DNA from: Synechococcales cyanobacterium VAR_4_metabat_354
GTDB lineage: Bacteria; Cyanobacteriota; Cyanobacteriia; Cyanobacteriales; Chamaesiphonaceae
Direction of reading: 5' to 3'
Length of the DNA: 31,387 nt
Assembly: GCA_031414775.1 (NCBI GenBank)
Contig: JANOQI010000029.1
Span: 1-31,387 of the forward strand
This document shows, in pieces, positions 19,539 to 28,242 of the stretch; the first letter of the stretch is position 1, and each line of letters starts with the position of its first letter. A program made the translations under genes and the position numbers. The notes beneath the pieces were generated by a model, which saw nothing but the letters and a program-made list of their open reading frames with translations, did not search any database and had not been told where the DNA came from.

Positions 19539-20900
19539 TTGTCAATCTTACCTCTTCTTGCCCCCAATCCACGCCAAACAGCTTTAGCTGCTCTCCGGGA
19601 TGTGGTTCGTGACGCTTATGCTGATGCTGCTTTAGACAAAAAACTGCGCAAGGTCAATCTTTCGGTGCTCGATCGACAGCTAGCTACTGAATTGTTCTAT
19701 GGCACGGTGCGCCGCCAAAGAACGCTGAATGCGTTGATCGATCGATTGACCCGCAAGCCGGAAAAAGAAACTAGCGATCTGCGTTTGATTCTGCAAATTG
19801 GTTTATATCAACTTCGTTACATGGATCGCATTCCCGAATCTGCTGCTGTGAATACGACGGTAGAATTGGCTAAACAGAATGGACTAAAAGGTTTAGCCCC
19901 AGTCGTTAACGGCATCCTGCGTCAATATATTCGGCAGGCCGATGAGTTTCAAGGTGCTTGGGATGATTCTGAGCAGCTCGCTACTCAAATTGCTGTGGAG
20001 CAGAGCTTCCCGGATTGGCTAATTGCCCATTGGCTGGAAATATTGGGCGAAGAGGGCACCATTGCTCTGTGTCGAGCCTTTAATCAGTCGCCATCGATCG
20101 ATCTACGGGTGAATCAGCTCCAGATTGATCGCGATACGGTGCTGGATGCTTTGACAGCTGCTGGTGTAGACGCTATTCCGTTAGATTATTTGGTACAGGG
20201 GATTCGGCTGACTGGTAAAGTAGGCGCAGTCCCGGCACTTCCCGGCTATGATCAAGCTTGGTGGACGGTACAGGAAAGTAGTGCCCAATTGGTGACAACT
20301 CTGCTAGACCCCCAACCGGGAGAAGTAATTGCTGATGCCTGCGCCGCTCCTGGTGGCAAAACTACGCATATTGCCGAGTTGATGGGCGATCGGGGAGTGG
20401 TGTGGTCGATCGATCCCACCTCTTCCCGACTCAAGAAAATTAGCCAGAATTGTCAACGATTAGGCTTGACCTCGGTGCAGATTAGAGAAGGGGACAGCAG
20501 GTCTCAACCAGATTTGGTCGGTATGATCGATCGAGTATTACTAGACGCGCCTTGCTCTGGCTTAGGCACGCTGCATCGGCGAGCGGATGCCCGGTGGCGG
20601 AAGACCCCCGAGAACGTATTGGAATTGAGTCAGCTCCAAAAAGAATTGCTAACCAGCTGTGCCAGTTGGGTTAAACCGGGTGGTGTATTGGTTTATGCTA
20701 CCTGCACGGTGTATCCTGCCGAAAACGAGGAAGTAATTCTGCCCTTTTTAGCAGCTCATCCAGAATGGTTGATCGATCAACCCCAGCCAAAATTCTTGGC
20801 CAGCCTCGCTAGTCCAGAAGGCTGGATTAAGACGTGGCTACACGAGCACCAGATGGATGGTTTTTTTATGGTGCGGCTGGTGAGAGGGCGGCTACAATAA
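19539..20900 (+). CDS. rsmB: 16S rRNA m5C967 methyltransferase RsmB
   Basis: NusB-like N-terminus; DACAAPGGKTTH, LLDAPCSGLG, LVYATCT, ENE. Start codon uncertain. Confidence 0.94.
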   Translation: MSILPLLAPNPRQTALAALRDVVRDAYADAALDKKLRKVNLSVLDRQLATELFYGTVRRQRTLNALIDRLTRKPEKETSDLRLILQIGLYQLRYMDRIPESAAVNTTVELAKQNGLKGLAPVVNGILRQYIRQADEFQGAWDDSEQLATQIAVEQSFPDWLIAHWLEILGEEGTIALCRAFNQSPSIDLRVNQLQIDRDTVLDALTAAGVDAIPLDYLVQGIRLTGKVGAVPALPGYDQAWWTVQESSAQLVTTLLDPQPGEVIADACAAPGGKTTHIAELMGDRGVVWSIDPTSSRLKKISQNCQRLGLTSVQIREGDSRSQPDLVGMIDRVLLDAPCSGLGTLHRRADARWRKTPENVLELSQLQKELLTSCASWVKPGGVLVYATCTVYPAENEEVILPFLAAHPEWLIDQPQPKFLASLASPEGWIKTWLHEHQMDGFFMVRLVRGRLQ

Positions 20901-20930
20901 TGGCAGGTTGATCATTGCCAAATTATTTCT

Positions 20931-21146
20931 ATGAATGGTAAAAGAGTGCATTTTTCGCGAAGCCGTAGTTCCTACCGCAGCTCACAGCCCAGAACATTAA
21001 GGCGGCGACCTTTGCCAGCTCATTTTCTGGCACCGGATGAATCGGACAATGCTAATCCTAAAGATTCCACAATTTATGATGGTTTAGTCGATGACTACCA
21101 TGATTACGATGAAGATCTGCCAGAAATTGCCTACTGGTGGGACTAA
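20931..21146 (+). CDS. Small hypothetical protein (basic N-terminus, acidic C-terminus)
   Basis: 71-aa ATG ORF filling the rsmB-SPFH gap without overlap, followed by a hairpin. Confidence 0.5.
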   Translation: MNGKRVHFSRSRSSYRSSQPRTLRRRPLPAHFLAPDESDNANPKDSTIYDGLVDDYHDYDEDLPEIAYWWD

Positions 21147-21160
21147 GTGGCAATTTCTGG
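21120..21160. terminator. 12-bp inverted repeat between convergent genes
   Basis: CCAGAAATTGCC (21120-21131) ... GGCAATTTCTGG (21149-21160). Confidence 0.55.
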
Positions 21161-21190
21161 TCAAACTTTGATTGGTTGTCAATATTCTTA

Positions 21191-21988
21191 CTATTTCTGT
21201 GGTGTTGGCATATTAATGAACGGCACCGCCCCATTGCCACCCATGACCGTTGGGAATTTACCATCCCACTTCTCGATCGCCTGTTTTTCCAGTAGCTCTT
21301 TGTTGAGGCTTTGTCTAAGTAATTTTTGGGCTTCGGCGGTGCCCTTTGCCCGGTTGACTTCAGCTTCCGCTTGCCGAGTAGCTTTTAACGCTTCAAACTC
21401 GGCTTTTTTAGCATCTTGTTCGGCGATTTGTTTCTGTTCGATCGACTTAGTAAAATCTGGTGAAAATCCAATGTTAACTAGGGAGACATCATCAACCTGT
21501 AGTCCGTATTTTACTAGTCTAGGTTTCAGGGCCTTTTCAATTTCCTCTTTTAAAGTTCCCCGCTGTTTGAGGATCTCTTCGGCTGTTCTTTGCGGAGTAG
21601 TCGATTTGAGAACTTCGGAAATTGCTGGAATAATTATAGTGTTTTGTACCTGTTGATCGTCGCCTACCTGTTGATAAACCCAATTAGCTCGATTAGCCAC
21701 AATATGCCAATTGACGGCTGTTTTAACATCTAGTGTTTGTAAGTCTTTGGTACCAACTTTGGCAGTGACATCAACTTTCTTAACCCGAACGCTCATTTTT
21801 TTGACATTTGTATAAATCGGTAAAACGAAGTGAAATCCTTCATCGAGGGTTTTTTCTTGAACTTGGCCAAAATGCATTACTACCCCCCGTTCGCCAGCAT
21901 TAATTACCGTGAACGGTCTGAGCATGAAAGCTAATACTAAGAAGAATACTCCACCACCCATGTATACATATGACTTTAGATTGTCCAT
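21191..21988 (-). CDS. Prohibitin/SPFH (band 7) family protein
   Basis: N-terminal TM, AGERGVVMHFG, TKDLQ, FTKSIEQKQIAEQ, AE-rich coiled coil, IEKWDGKFP. Confidence 0.92.
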   Translation of the reverse strand: MDNLKSYVYMGGGVFFLVLAFMLRPFTVINAGERGVVMHFGQVQEKTLDEGFHFVLPIYTNVKKMSVRVKKVDVTAKVGTKDLQTLDVKTAVNWHIVANRANWVYQQVGDDQQVQNTIIIPAISEVLKSTTPQRTAEEILKQRGTLKEEIEKALKPRLVKYGLQVDDVSLVNIGFSPDFTKSIEQKQIAEQDAKKAEFEALKATRQAEAEVNRAKGTAEAQKLLRQSLNKELLEKQAIEKWDGKFPTVMGGNGAVPFINMPTPQK

Positions 21989-22026
21989 TATTCACCTACC
22001 TATTTACTGTATGGTTCCTATTTAGC

Positions 22027-22056
22027 TAGTTGGGATGGCTGTTACGGGAATATGCA
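22027..22056 (-). promoter_or_regulatory. Putative cognate-sigma promoter for the SPFH gene
   Basis: Minus strand reads TGCATA-TTCCCGTAACAGCCATC (17)-CCAACTA, 38 nt before ATG 21988. Confidence 0.55.
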
Positions 22057-22145
22057 AAAATATTAAAATTAATTCTTCTGAAAATTTTTGATTTCTAAGG
22101 ATGATGGTAACTTTATTGATTTTTGTAACAAATTGGAATTAGCTG

Positions 22146-22174
22146 TGCATAAAACTAATTTGAGCGACCAATTA
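22146..22174 (+). promoter_or_regulatory. Putative cognate-sigma (autoregulatory) promoter
   Basis: TGCATA-AAACTAATTTGAGCGA (16)-CCAATTA, 44 nt before ATG 22219. Confidence 0.55.
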
Positions 22175-22218
22175 AGCTGTGTCGGAGTTATCGCTTGTGA
22201 TATTTAGAGACCCGAGAC

Positions 22219-23529
22219 ATGTTCCAATTTACTGAAGCTGAAATATTTACTAAAATCATTGCCTATCAAGAGCAAGCTAATTTCTCGCGACTAACCCTCA
22301 AGCTGTCTAATAAATTACAACGATCGATCGACTCCCGTTGGCAGGCCATTTTACAGGCGAACCCAACAGTCGAAGATACTAGTGATGTTTTTAAAATCCT
22401 CGCCCAAAATCTATTTGATGAATTGCAAGACAACCCGAGCGACGTACTCTTGGCTCATTGGCTGTCTTTCCTTTGTGATCTAGCACTAGCTGTATCGAAG
22501 GCAATATTGAAAATTGTTGATGTGCAGCGTAGTCCAAGTTGTTTACTAGATATTCAGAGTATCTGTATTGGATCGATCGGCAACCCCCGGCAGTTTTTTG
22601 GGGGCTTTGATCTAAAATCTTCCCGGAAAAGTAATTTGCTGGTGAGCTTGCAAGCTTATGCTTACCGAGCCATTAAGTACTCAGCTTATCCAGCTATTCG
22701 GCAAGAATTCGGTGATCCAAATATCGGGCGGAGTAACCTGGGTTTATTTAATCACTATAGTGATGCAGCTGTCTCGGATGCTTTACTGAAAATTGGACTA
22801 GAGCCAGCTACGCAAGACCAATATTTTGCTCTTTGTCGTTGCGCTAAAGAATATCTACGTCAGAATAGTAAAAAAATCAATCAACTCCAACCCGATGACT
22901 TCGATCGCATTGGTGATTTATACCAAGTAATTACTGGCGATTTACCGCCGCCGGTACGGGACAGACTCGAAAAAATTGGTGTGGCTATTCGTCAATCGAC
23001 ATCCCCTCTGATTCTATCGATCGATATGCCGCTCAGCACGAGTGATGAAAATAATCAGACGATGGCAGATACCATTGCATCCCTAGAGCCGCAGCCAGAT
23101 GTATGTGTAGAGATGCAAGACATTCAATCCGATTGGCGAAATATCTGCAATTGTTGGCTCAGTGCTAACATTCAGCCGCGCGATCGACAAATGTTGTACT
23201 TGCGGTATCACTGCCATCTGAAGCAAGATGTGATTGGATCGATTATTCGTATTGATCAAACGAATGTTGCCAAACGGCTAAGAAAAATTCATTTAGGACT
23301 AGCCCGAATTCTGATCCAGCAAACTAATCCAGAAAGTAGTATCAACCTGATAGAAATTTGTAAACTCGTTGTAGAAATGCTTCAAGAAAGCTTCGATCAA
23401 TTAAGTATTGCCCAGATTAGTTCCGAAGATCAGCAGGATTTGGCAGTATTAATTCAGATCTATCGAGAACAAAAGGAGCCAGCTTTAGCGGAGAAAATCA
23501 GGACAATACTAGAACGGCTCTGGAATTAA
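22219..23529 (+). CDS. Atypical sigma-70 family RNA polymerase sigma factor-like protein
   Basis: Region 2-like FDLKSS..SLQAYAYRAIK; region 3.2-like LSIDMPL...TMADTI; region 4 HTH MLYLRYHCHLKQDVIGSIIRIDQTNVAKRLRK; upstream of DUF1822. Confidence 0.72.
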   Translation: MFQFTEAEIFTKIIAYQEQANFSRLTLKLSNKLQRSIDSRWQAILQANPTVEDTSDVFKILAQNLFDELQDNPSDVLLAHWLSFLCDLALAVSKAILKIVDVQRSPSCLLDIQSICIGSIGNPRQFFGGFDLKSSRKSNLLVSLQAYAYRAIKYSAYPAIRQEFGDPNIGRSNLGLFNHYSDAAVSDALLKIGLEPATQDQYFALCRCAKEYLRQNSKKINQLQPDDFDRIGDLYQVITGDLPPPVRDRLEKIGVAIRQSTSPLILSIDMPLSTSDENNQTMADTIASLEPQPDVCVEMQDIQSDWRNICNCWLSANIQPRDRQMLYLRYHCHLKQDVIGSIIRIDQTNVAKRLRKIHLGLARILIQQTNPESSINLIEICKLVVEMLQESFDQLSIAQISSEDQQDLAVLIQIYREQKEPALAEKIRTILERLWN

Positions 23530-23558
23530 TGCATAAACAGCTTTCTTCAACTCAACTA
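23530..23558 (+). promoter_or_regulatory. Putative cognate-sigma promoter for the DUF1822-CHAT genes
   Basis: TGCATA-AACAGCTTTCTTCAAC (16)-TCAACTA immediately after the sigma stop codon, 26 nt before ATG 23585. Confidence 0.6.
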
Positions 23559-23584
23559 ATAATTGTCACTATTATTCGGTCTAT

Positions 23585-25030
23585 ATGAAAACTAACACTA
23601 GTAATTTAGCTATGCTGCATCAATTAAGCCAAATTTACTCTGAGCATGAATGGATCAATCTTGAAAATTACCCTAATGTAATTACTGAGGATACTAACTC
23701 GATTTCTCTGAATTTGCAATGCCTACAGGTAATTAAGGTGTGGATTGAGAAAACAATCGGGTTGCCGATCGAATATGATTTTCCCTATCGAGGATATTTG
23801 GATGAGGATCAACAGGTTAGTGAATTGCTCAATGGTTTTTGCCTGAAGGTGAATGGTTCTAAAGTCGTTTTTATTCCTAGCCAAAATATAGATATCACTA
23901 GCTGTGAAATTTCTCAGGAATGGGTGGATTTGCCAAACTGGGCTGGTGATTATTATGTACCAGTTCAAGTGGATGTAGAGGCTAAATACTTGCATCTTTG
24001 GGGTATAGCTACTCATCAACAACTGAAGCAGTCTGCCAGATTAGATTCACTTTTTCGCTACTATCATGTGGGTATCGATCGCCTGAACCATAATATGGGT
24101 TTATTGTGGACTAGTTGTGAATTAGCTCCGCTGCCCAGAAGTGAACATATTCCAAATTTAGCAGCAGTAAGCAGTACTCAAGCACAACAGTTAATTGAAC
24201 GTTTGTTATCAAAATCATCGGCCAGTTTCCTGCGGTTAACTTTATCTTTTAGCGAGTGGGGCGCAATATTAAATTCTCCTCCATACCTTAAACACTACCT
24301 AGCAAGCAGAACTCCCAAAGTAGATGCCCCCCCCATATTTACGATGTTGCAAGAATTATTAAAGAAAGAGGTAAGTACTTTATATCAACAGTGGGAAACT
24401 GTAGAGTCTTTTATTAATCTCCCTTTACCGAGCATGTCTTTTCGCAGTAACCGCAATGGTGTATCTAAATTACTACGTGAAAAAAACTATCGAGGTATTC
24501 CGCTAGAAACACCAGACCAAATCAAAGTGGCGGCAGACCAGCTTTATCGTAGTCAAAAAGAAATTAATGTACCTCGTTCGATTACTGGGGTGGAAAATTT
24601 AGTTGAGTTGATGGAAAAATCTACCAATGAGACGATTCGTTGGAAAGCTACCGAATATCTGTGGACGATCGATCCTGAGCATCCTAAATTACCAATGAGA
24701 CGGATTCGTGATTTAGGAATTCAGTTTGCGACTGGTTCGATCGCTTTGATGATAGCTCAACTCCCCTTGGACAGCAATCGTTGCGCTATTTTGCTGAGAG
24801 TTTATCCCGTCAGCGCTGAGGTCTATTTACCAGGTGGGGTGAGATTGTCGATTTTAGATGGAAGTGGTGATGAGGTTTTGCTTGGTGCTGGCCAGCCTTT
24901 TGAGGCGATATCAAGAAGTGAACCGCAGGACAGTTATATTCAATTATATTTTGTTGCCGATAGAGGCGATCGATTTGATGTTTGTGTTAATTTAAGTGAA
25001 CAGCAATTCACTGAACAATTCATAGTTTAA
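23585..25030 (+). CDS. DUF1822 family protein (candidate anti-sigma)
   Basis: EWVDLPNWAGDYYVPVQV..LWG N-domain and LLRVYP..YLP.GVRLSILD..G..DSYIQL.F..GDRF..FTEQF C-domain, recognised from cyanobacterial DUF1822 proteins. Confidence 0.82.
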   Translation: MKTNTSNLAMLHQLSQIYSEHEWINLENYPNVITEDTNSISLNLQCLQVIKVWIEKTIGLPIEYDFPYRGYLDEDQQVSELLNGFCLKVNGSKVVFIPSQNIDITSCEISQEWVDLPNWAGDYYVPVQVDVEAKYLHLWGIATHQQLKQSARLDSLFRYYHVGIDRLNHNMGLLWTSCELAPLPRSEHIPNLAAVSSTQAQQLIERLLSKSSASFLRLTLSFSEWGAILNSPPYLKHYLASRTPKVDAPPIFTMLQELLKKEVSTLYQQWETVESFINLPLPSMSFRSNRNGVSKLLREKNYRGIPLETPDQIKVAADQLYRSQKEINVPRSITGVENLVELMEKSTNETIRWKATEYLWTIDPEHPKLPMRRIRDLGIQFATGSIALMIAQLPLDSNRCAILLRVYPVSAEVYLPGGVRLSILDGSGDEVLLGAGQPFEAISRSEPQDSYIQLYFVADRGDRFDVCVNLSEQQFTEQFIV

Positions 25031-25048
25031 GGTCTTTGTGGAAAAACC

Positions 25049-27844
25049 ATGCTAGACAACAGTAACATTCGGCTTAAAACAGTAAATTTAAAGATTACAG
25101 GAATATCTAAAGAGCTACTTTCGATCGAGGTGGCGGTCAGATATACCGATAACAACAAATTAGTTAGTTCAACTGTTTTTGGTTCATTGCCACCGTTGCC
25201 TCAAGAACTATTGGATGCATACGCCGATTGGAAACGCAGTTATTTATCTTGGGGTAAAACTCATCGATATTGGAAAAATCAAGGTAAATCAATAGAAAAA
25301 TCTATTGATCCAAATCAAGACAGATCAATAAAAATACCTACTGATCCGATCGAAACTAATATAAGCATTCAAGACTGCGACACCTTAGAAGAAAAACTGA
25401 TTCAGAAGTTCAACTCTTGGTTAGATGTTCATGAATCTCCAGGATTATCTAAGGTTGCTGCGAGCTTAATTACTAGTGCCCAACCTGACGATTATAGAGA
25501 TCACCCAGAATTATTATCTTTTATTGTTCAAACCAAAACTAGTGATTCTCAGCTAAATTTGAATTTGCAAAAGCTGCCCTGGAATGAGTGGGAGTTTATT
25601 CGAAATAACTATAATAATTCTGGCATTGCCCTAAGCACAGAGAGAGCACCAATTGTTGAAAGACAGCAACATCAGTTGAAGGCTTTGGTAATTTGTGGGC
25701 AGTACGATGAATCAGCTAATCAAATTGATCTAAAACCGGACTTAGCTGCTTTACGAGAACATTTGGGTTATATTGATTTAGAGATTTTAAAATGTAACTC
25801 CACCACATCGAAGCCAGAATTATTGAAAAAACTAGATGAGTCAACTTATAATTTACTATTTTTTTGTGGACATTCTTCCTCTAATAATCAAATTCAACTC
25901 AATGATTCGGAATATATATTCTCAGATGATCCTAAATTTAGAGGGATCTTAACCAAATTAAAAAATAAGGGGTTGATCCTAGCTTTTTTCAATAGCTGTG
26001 ATGGTTTAGGAATTGCACATTCGATCATGTCTGTGGGAATTCCTTATGTGGTAGTTATGAAGGAACCAGTCCATGATGGTGTAGCTCAAAATTTTATCGA
26101 AAATTTTCTCAAAGAAGCTACTAAACCGCAACGACCTATTCACTTAGCTGTTCATGAAGCAAGGTTGGCATTGCAGTGGCTAGCAGGATTGCCACATGGT
26201 GAGTTTTTACCAGTTTTATTTCAAAATCCGGAGCAGCCACCGCTGTATCTTAATCCACAACTAATTACTCAACCGACAAAAATACCTACTCCACGACCTA
26301 AGTGGATTAAATACTTAATAGTTGCAGCCATATCAGCACTTGCTATATTGATTTGGGCTAGCGCTCCAGAACTAAAAAAAATGTTTGTAACTTTTACTTA
26401 TCCGTCAATTTGCAAATTTGCTGATGAAAATAAAGATATCGGTTGTGGGGAAGAACCTTTGCTAGTTCAAGCAGGTGGATCTGAATCTCAAGCAAAAAAA
26501 GAAGGGTTTGATTTAATAAAAAAAGGCTTAAATAACCCACTTTCATATTCACACGTAATTCCACTTCTAGAAAAAGATTGGAAAGAAAAACACGATCCAG
26601 AAACTGCTATCGCGATCGAAAACGCTTCGATCGCTCTTCAATCATCTCAAGGTGCAAAATTTCAAGTAAAAAACATCGCTATTGTTGCACCTACTAAAAC
26701 CAACACCCCTTTTTCTATAGCCGATAGCCTTCTGAAGGGGATTGCTTACGCTCAACAACAACATAATCGAGCGAACCAAGATTGGAAATTGCGAGTGATC
26801 ATTGCCAATGATGAGAATGACCCATCCTCAGCGCTAAAAATTGCTTTAGCCTTAGCTAATCGTGAAGACATTTTAGGAATAATTGGCCATTACAGTTCTT
26901 ATGTTACTGTCCCAATTGTTAATAAAGAAAGAATCTACGAAAATAAAGTAGTTTTAATTTCGCCAACGGCCACTTCACATGAACTTACTGACAGTAGTAA
27001 CTTCTTTTTTAGAGTGGTACCTTCTAGCGTGGTTTCTGCGAAAGATATGGCTAAAAAATGGATGACCCCAGATAAGAAAATAGTCATATTTTATAGACCA
27101 GATCGAGAGTTCAGTAACTCTTTGACAAAAATGTTTGAGAGCGCAATAAATGCTAAATCCATTATTAAGAAAGTAGATCTAGGCAAAGCCAATAACATTT
27201 CTAATGAGATTAAGGAGGCTAAAAGACTAGGGGCTAACGCGATCGTATTATTTCCTGATGCTTATACCGGAGAGAAGAGAATTAATGATCGATCGGCAGA
27301 AATTCTGAGACAAAATAATGGAGAAATGCCAATTCTAGGAAATACTTCCATCTATGATTTATATGATGATCATTCTCAAACTAAGTTAAAAAAATTATAT
27401 GAAAATGTAGTAATGGCTATTCCTTGGGAATACCAGGATACTTTGAATAGTAAGGCTCAGTATAACAAGAAGTTGATTGTTGAAGATGATGATGCAAAAT
27501 CCAAACACAATGAATTACCATACATACCGTCATGGTGGCTTACTGATCAAAAGTCAATATCCACTATTAATGAAAGAATTGTCATGAGTTATGATGCTAC
27601 GTTAGTCCTCATTAAGGCTTTAAATAAAGATCACAACAACTCAGATTTCGGAAAAGTAGTAAGAAGCAAAGCCGAGGAGCGCTTGGCTATTCAAAAATTA
27701 ATCAATGATAGAGATTTTCGTCTTGAAGGTATTACAGGTAATATTAGCTTTGTTGGCAGCGATCGAAAAGAAGAAATGAACAGCTTAGTTACTCCTACTT
27801 GTGACGAAACTCAATGTAATGGATTAAAACCTTATCGTAAATAG
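25049..27844 (+). CDS. CHAT-domain protease / TM / LivJ-type periplasmic binding domain fusion
   Basis: LQKLPWNEW, LFFCGHS (His275), AFFNSCDG (Cys317), LPVLFQN; TM from Trp419; binding-domain motifs LLKGIAYAQ, ANDENDP, GIIGHYSS, ISPTATS, FFRVVPS, GITGNISF. Confidence 0.85.
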   Translation: MLDNSNIRLKTVNLKITGISKELLSIEVAVRYTDNNKLVSSTVFGSLPPLPQELLDAYADWKRSYLSWGKTHRYWKNQGKSIEKSIDPNQDRSIKIPTDPIETNISIQDCDTLEEKLIQKFNSWLDVHESPGLSKVAASLITSAQPDDYRDHPELLSFIVQTKTSDSQLNLNLQKLPWNEWEFIRNNYNNSGIALSTERAPIVERQQHQLKALVICGQYDESANQIDLKPDLAALREHLGYIDLEILKCNSTTSKPELLKKLDESTYNLLFFCGHSSSNNQIQLNDSEYIFSDDPKFRGILTKLKNKGLILAFFNSCDGLGIAHSIMSVGIPYVVVMKEPVHDGVAQNFIENFLKEATKPQRPIHLAVHEARLALQWLAGLPHGEFLPVLFQNPEQPPLYLNPQLITQPTKIPTPRPKWIKYLIVAAISALAILIWASAPELKKMFVTFTYPSICKFADENKDIGCGEEPLLVQAGGSESQAKKEGFDLIKKGLNNPLSYSHVIPLLEKDWKEKHDPETAIAIENASIALQSSQGAKFQVKNIAIVAPTKTNTPFSIADSLLKGIAYAQQQHNRANQDWKLRVIIANDENDPSSALKIALALANREDILGIIGHYSSYVTVPIVNKERIYENKVVLISPTATSHELTDSSNFFFRVVPSSVVSAKDMAKKWMTPDKKIVIFYRPDREFSNSLTKMFESAINAKSIIKKVDLGKANNISNEIKEAKRLGANAIVLFPDAYTGEKRINDRSAEILRQNNGEMPILGNTSIYDLYDDHSQTKLKKLYENVVMAIPWEYQDTLNSKAQYNKKLIVEDDDAKSKHNELPYIPSWWLTDQKSISTINERIVMSYDATLVLIKALNKDHNNSDFGKVVRSKAEERLAIQKLINDRDFRLEGITGNISFVGSDRKEEMNSLVTPTCDETQCNGLKPYRK

Positions 27845-28182
27845 ATAAAATTAATTATACAGATAAGTATTTATTTGAAGTATGGTTAGTATTTCTCTAA
27901 CTAGACCATAAAATCTTCCCACGTAAAAATCAAATATTCATCTAATCGCCTAATAACTATATTTTAGCGTTCAATTTACTACGCCGAAATTCGTGGTAGG
28001 TGTTTTACCCAAGTCCAATAAAATCGTGATACTTCACAGCATACAGAAACAATTTACAAAATAAAAGTCAATAATCATATTAATATTACCTCTAGATTAT
28101 TAGTAGCTACCAATGCTGAGCATAAATATCCTATTTGGGTCAAAGTGATCCGAACCAGTTTCCAATTTTAATTTCTAGAAAA

Positions 28183-28211
28183 TGCATAAAAATTTGAAAC
28201 CAACCCAACTA
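28183..28211 (+). promoter_or_regulatory. Putative cognate-sigma promoter for the stand-alone binding protein
   Basis: TGCATA-AAAATTTGAAACCAAC (16)-CCAACTA, 31 nt before ATG 28243. Confidence 0.6.
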
Positions 28212-28242
28212 CTACTTATAAACAAGTTGGAAAATATTATTT

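Noticed and set aside
21147..21656. 169-aa plus-strand ORF
   Set aside because: Almost entirely antisense to the well-supported SPFH gene, with no recognisable motifs.
28119..28147. Fifth copy of the promoter motif
   Set aside because: Has GCATAAA but lacks a properly spaced YCAAYTA box.
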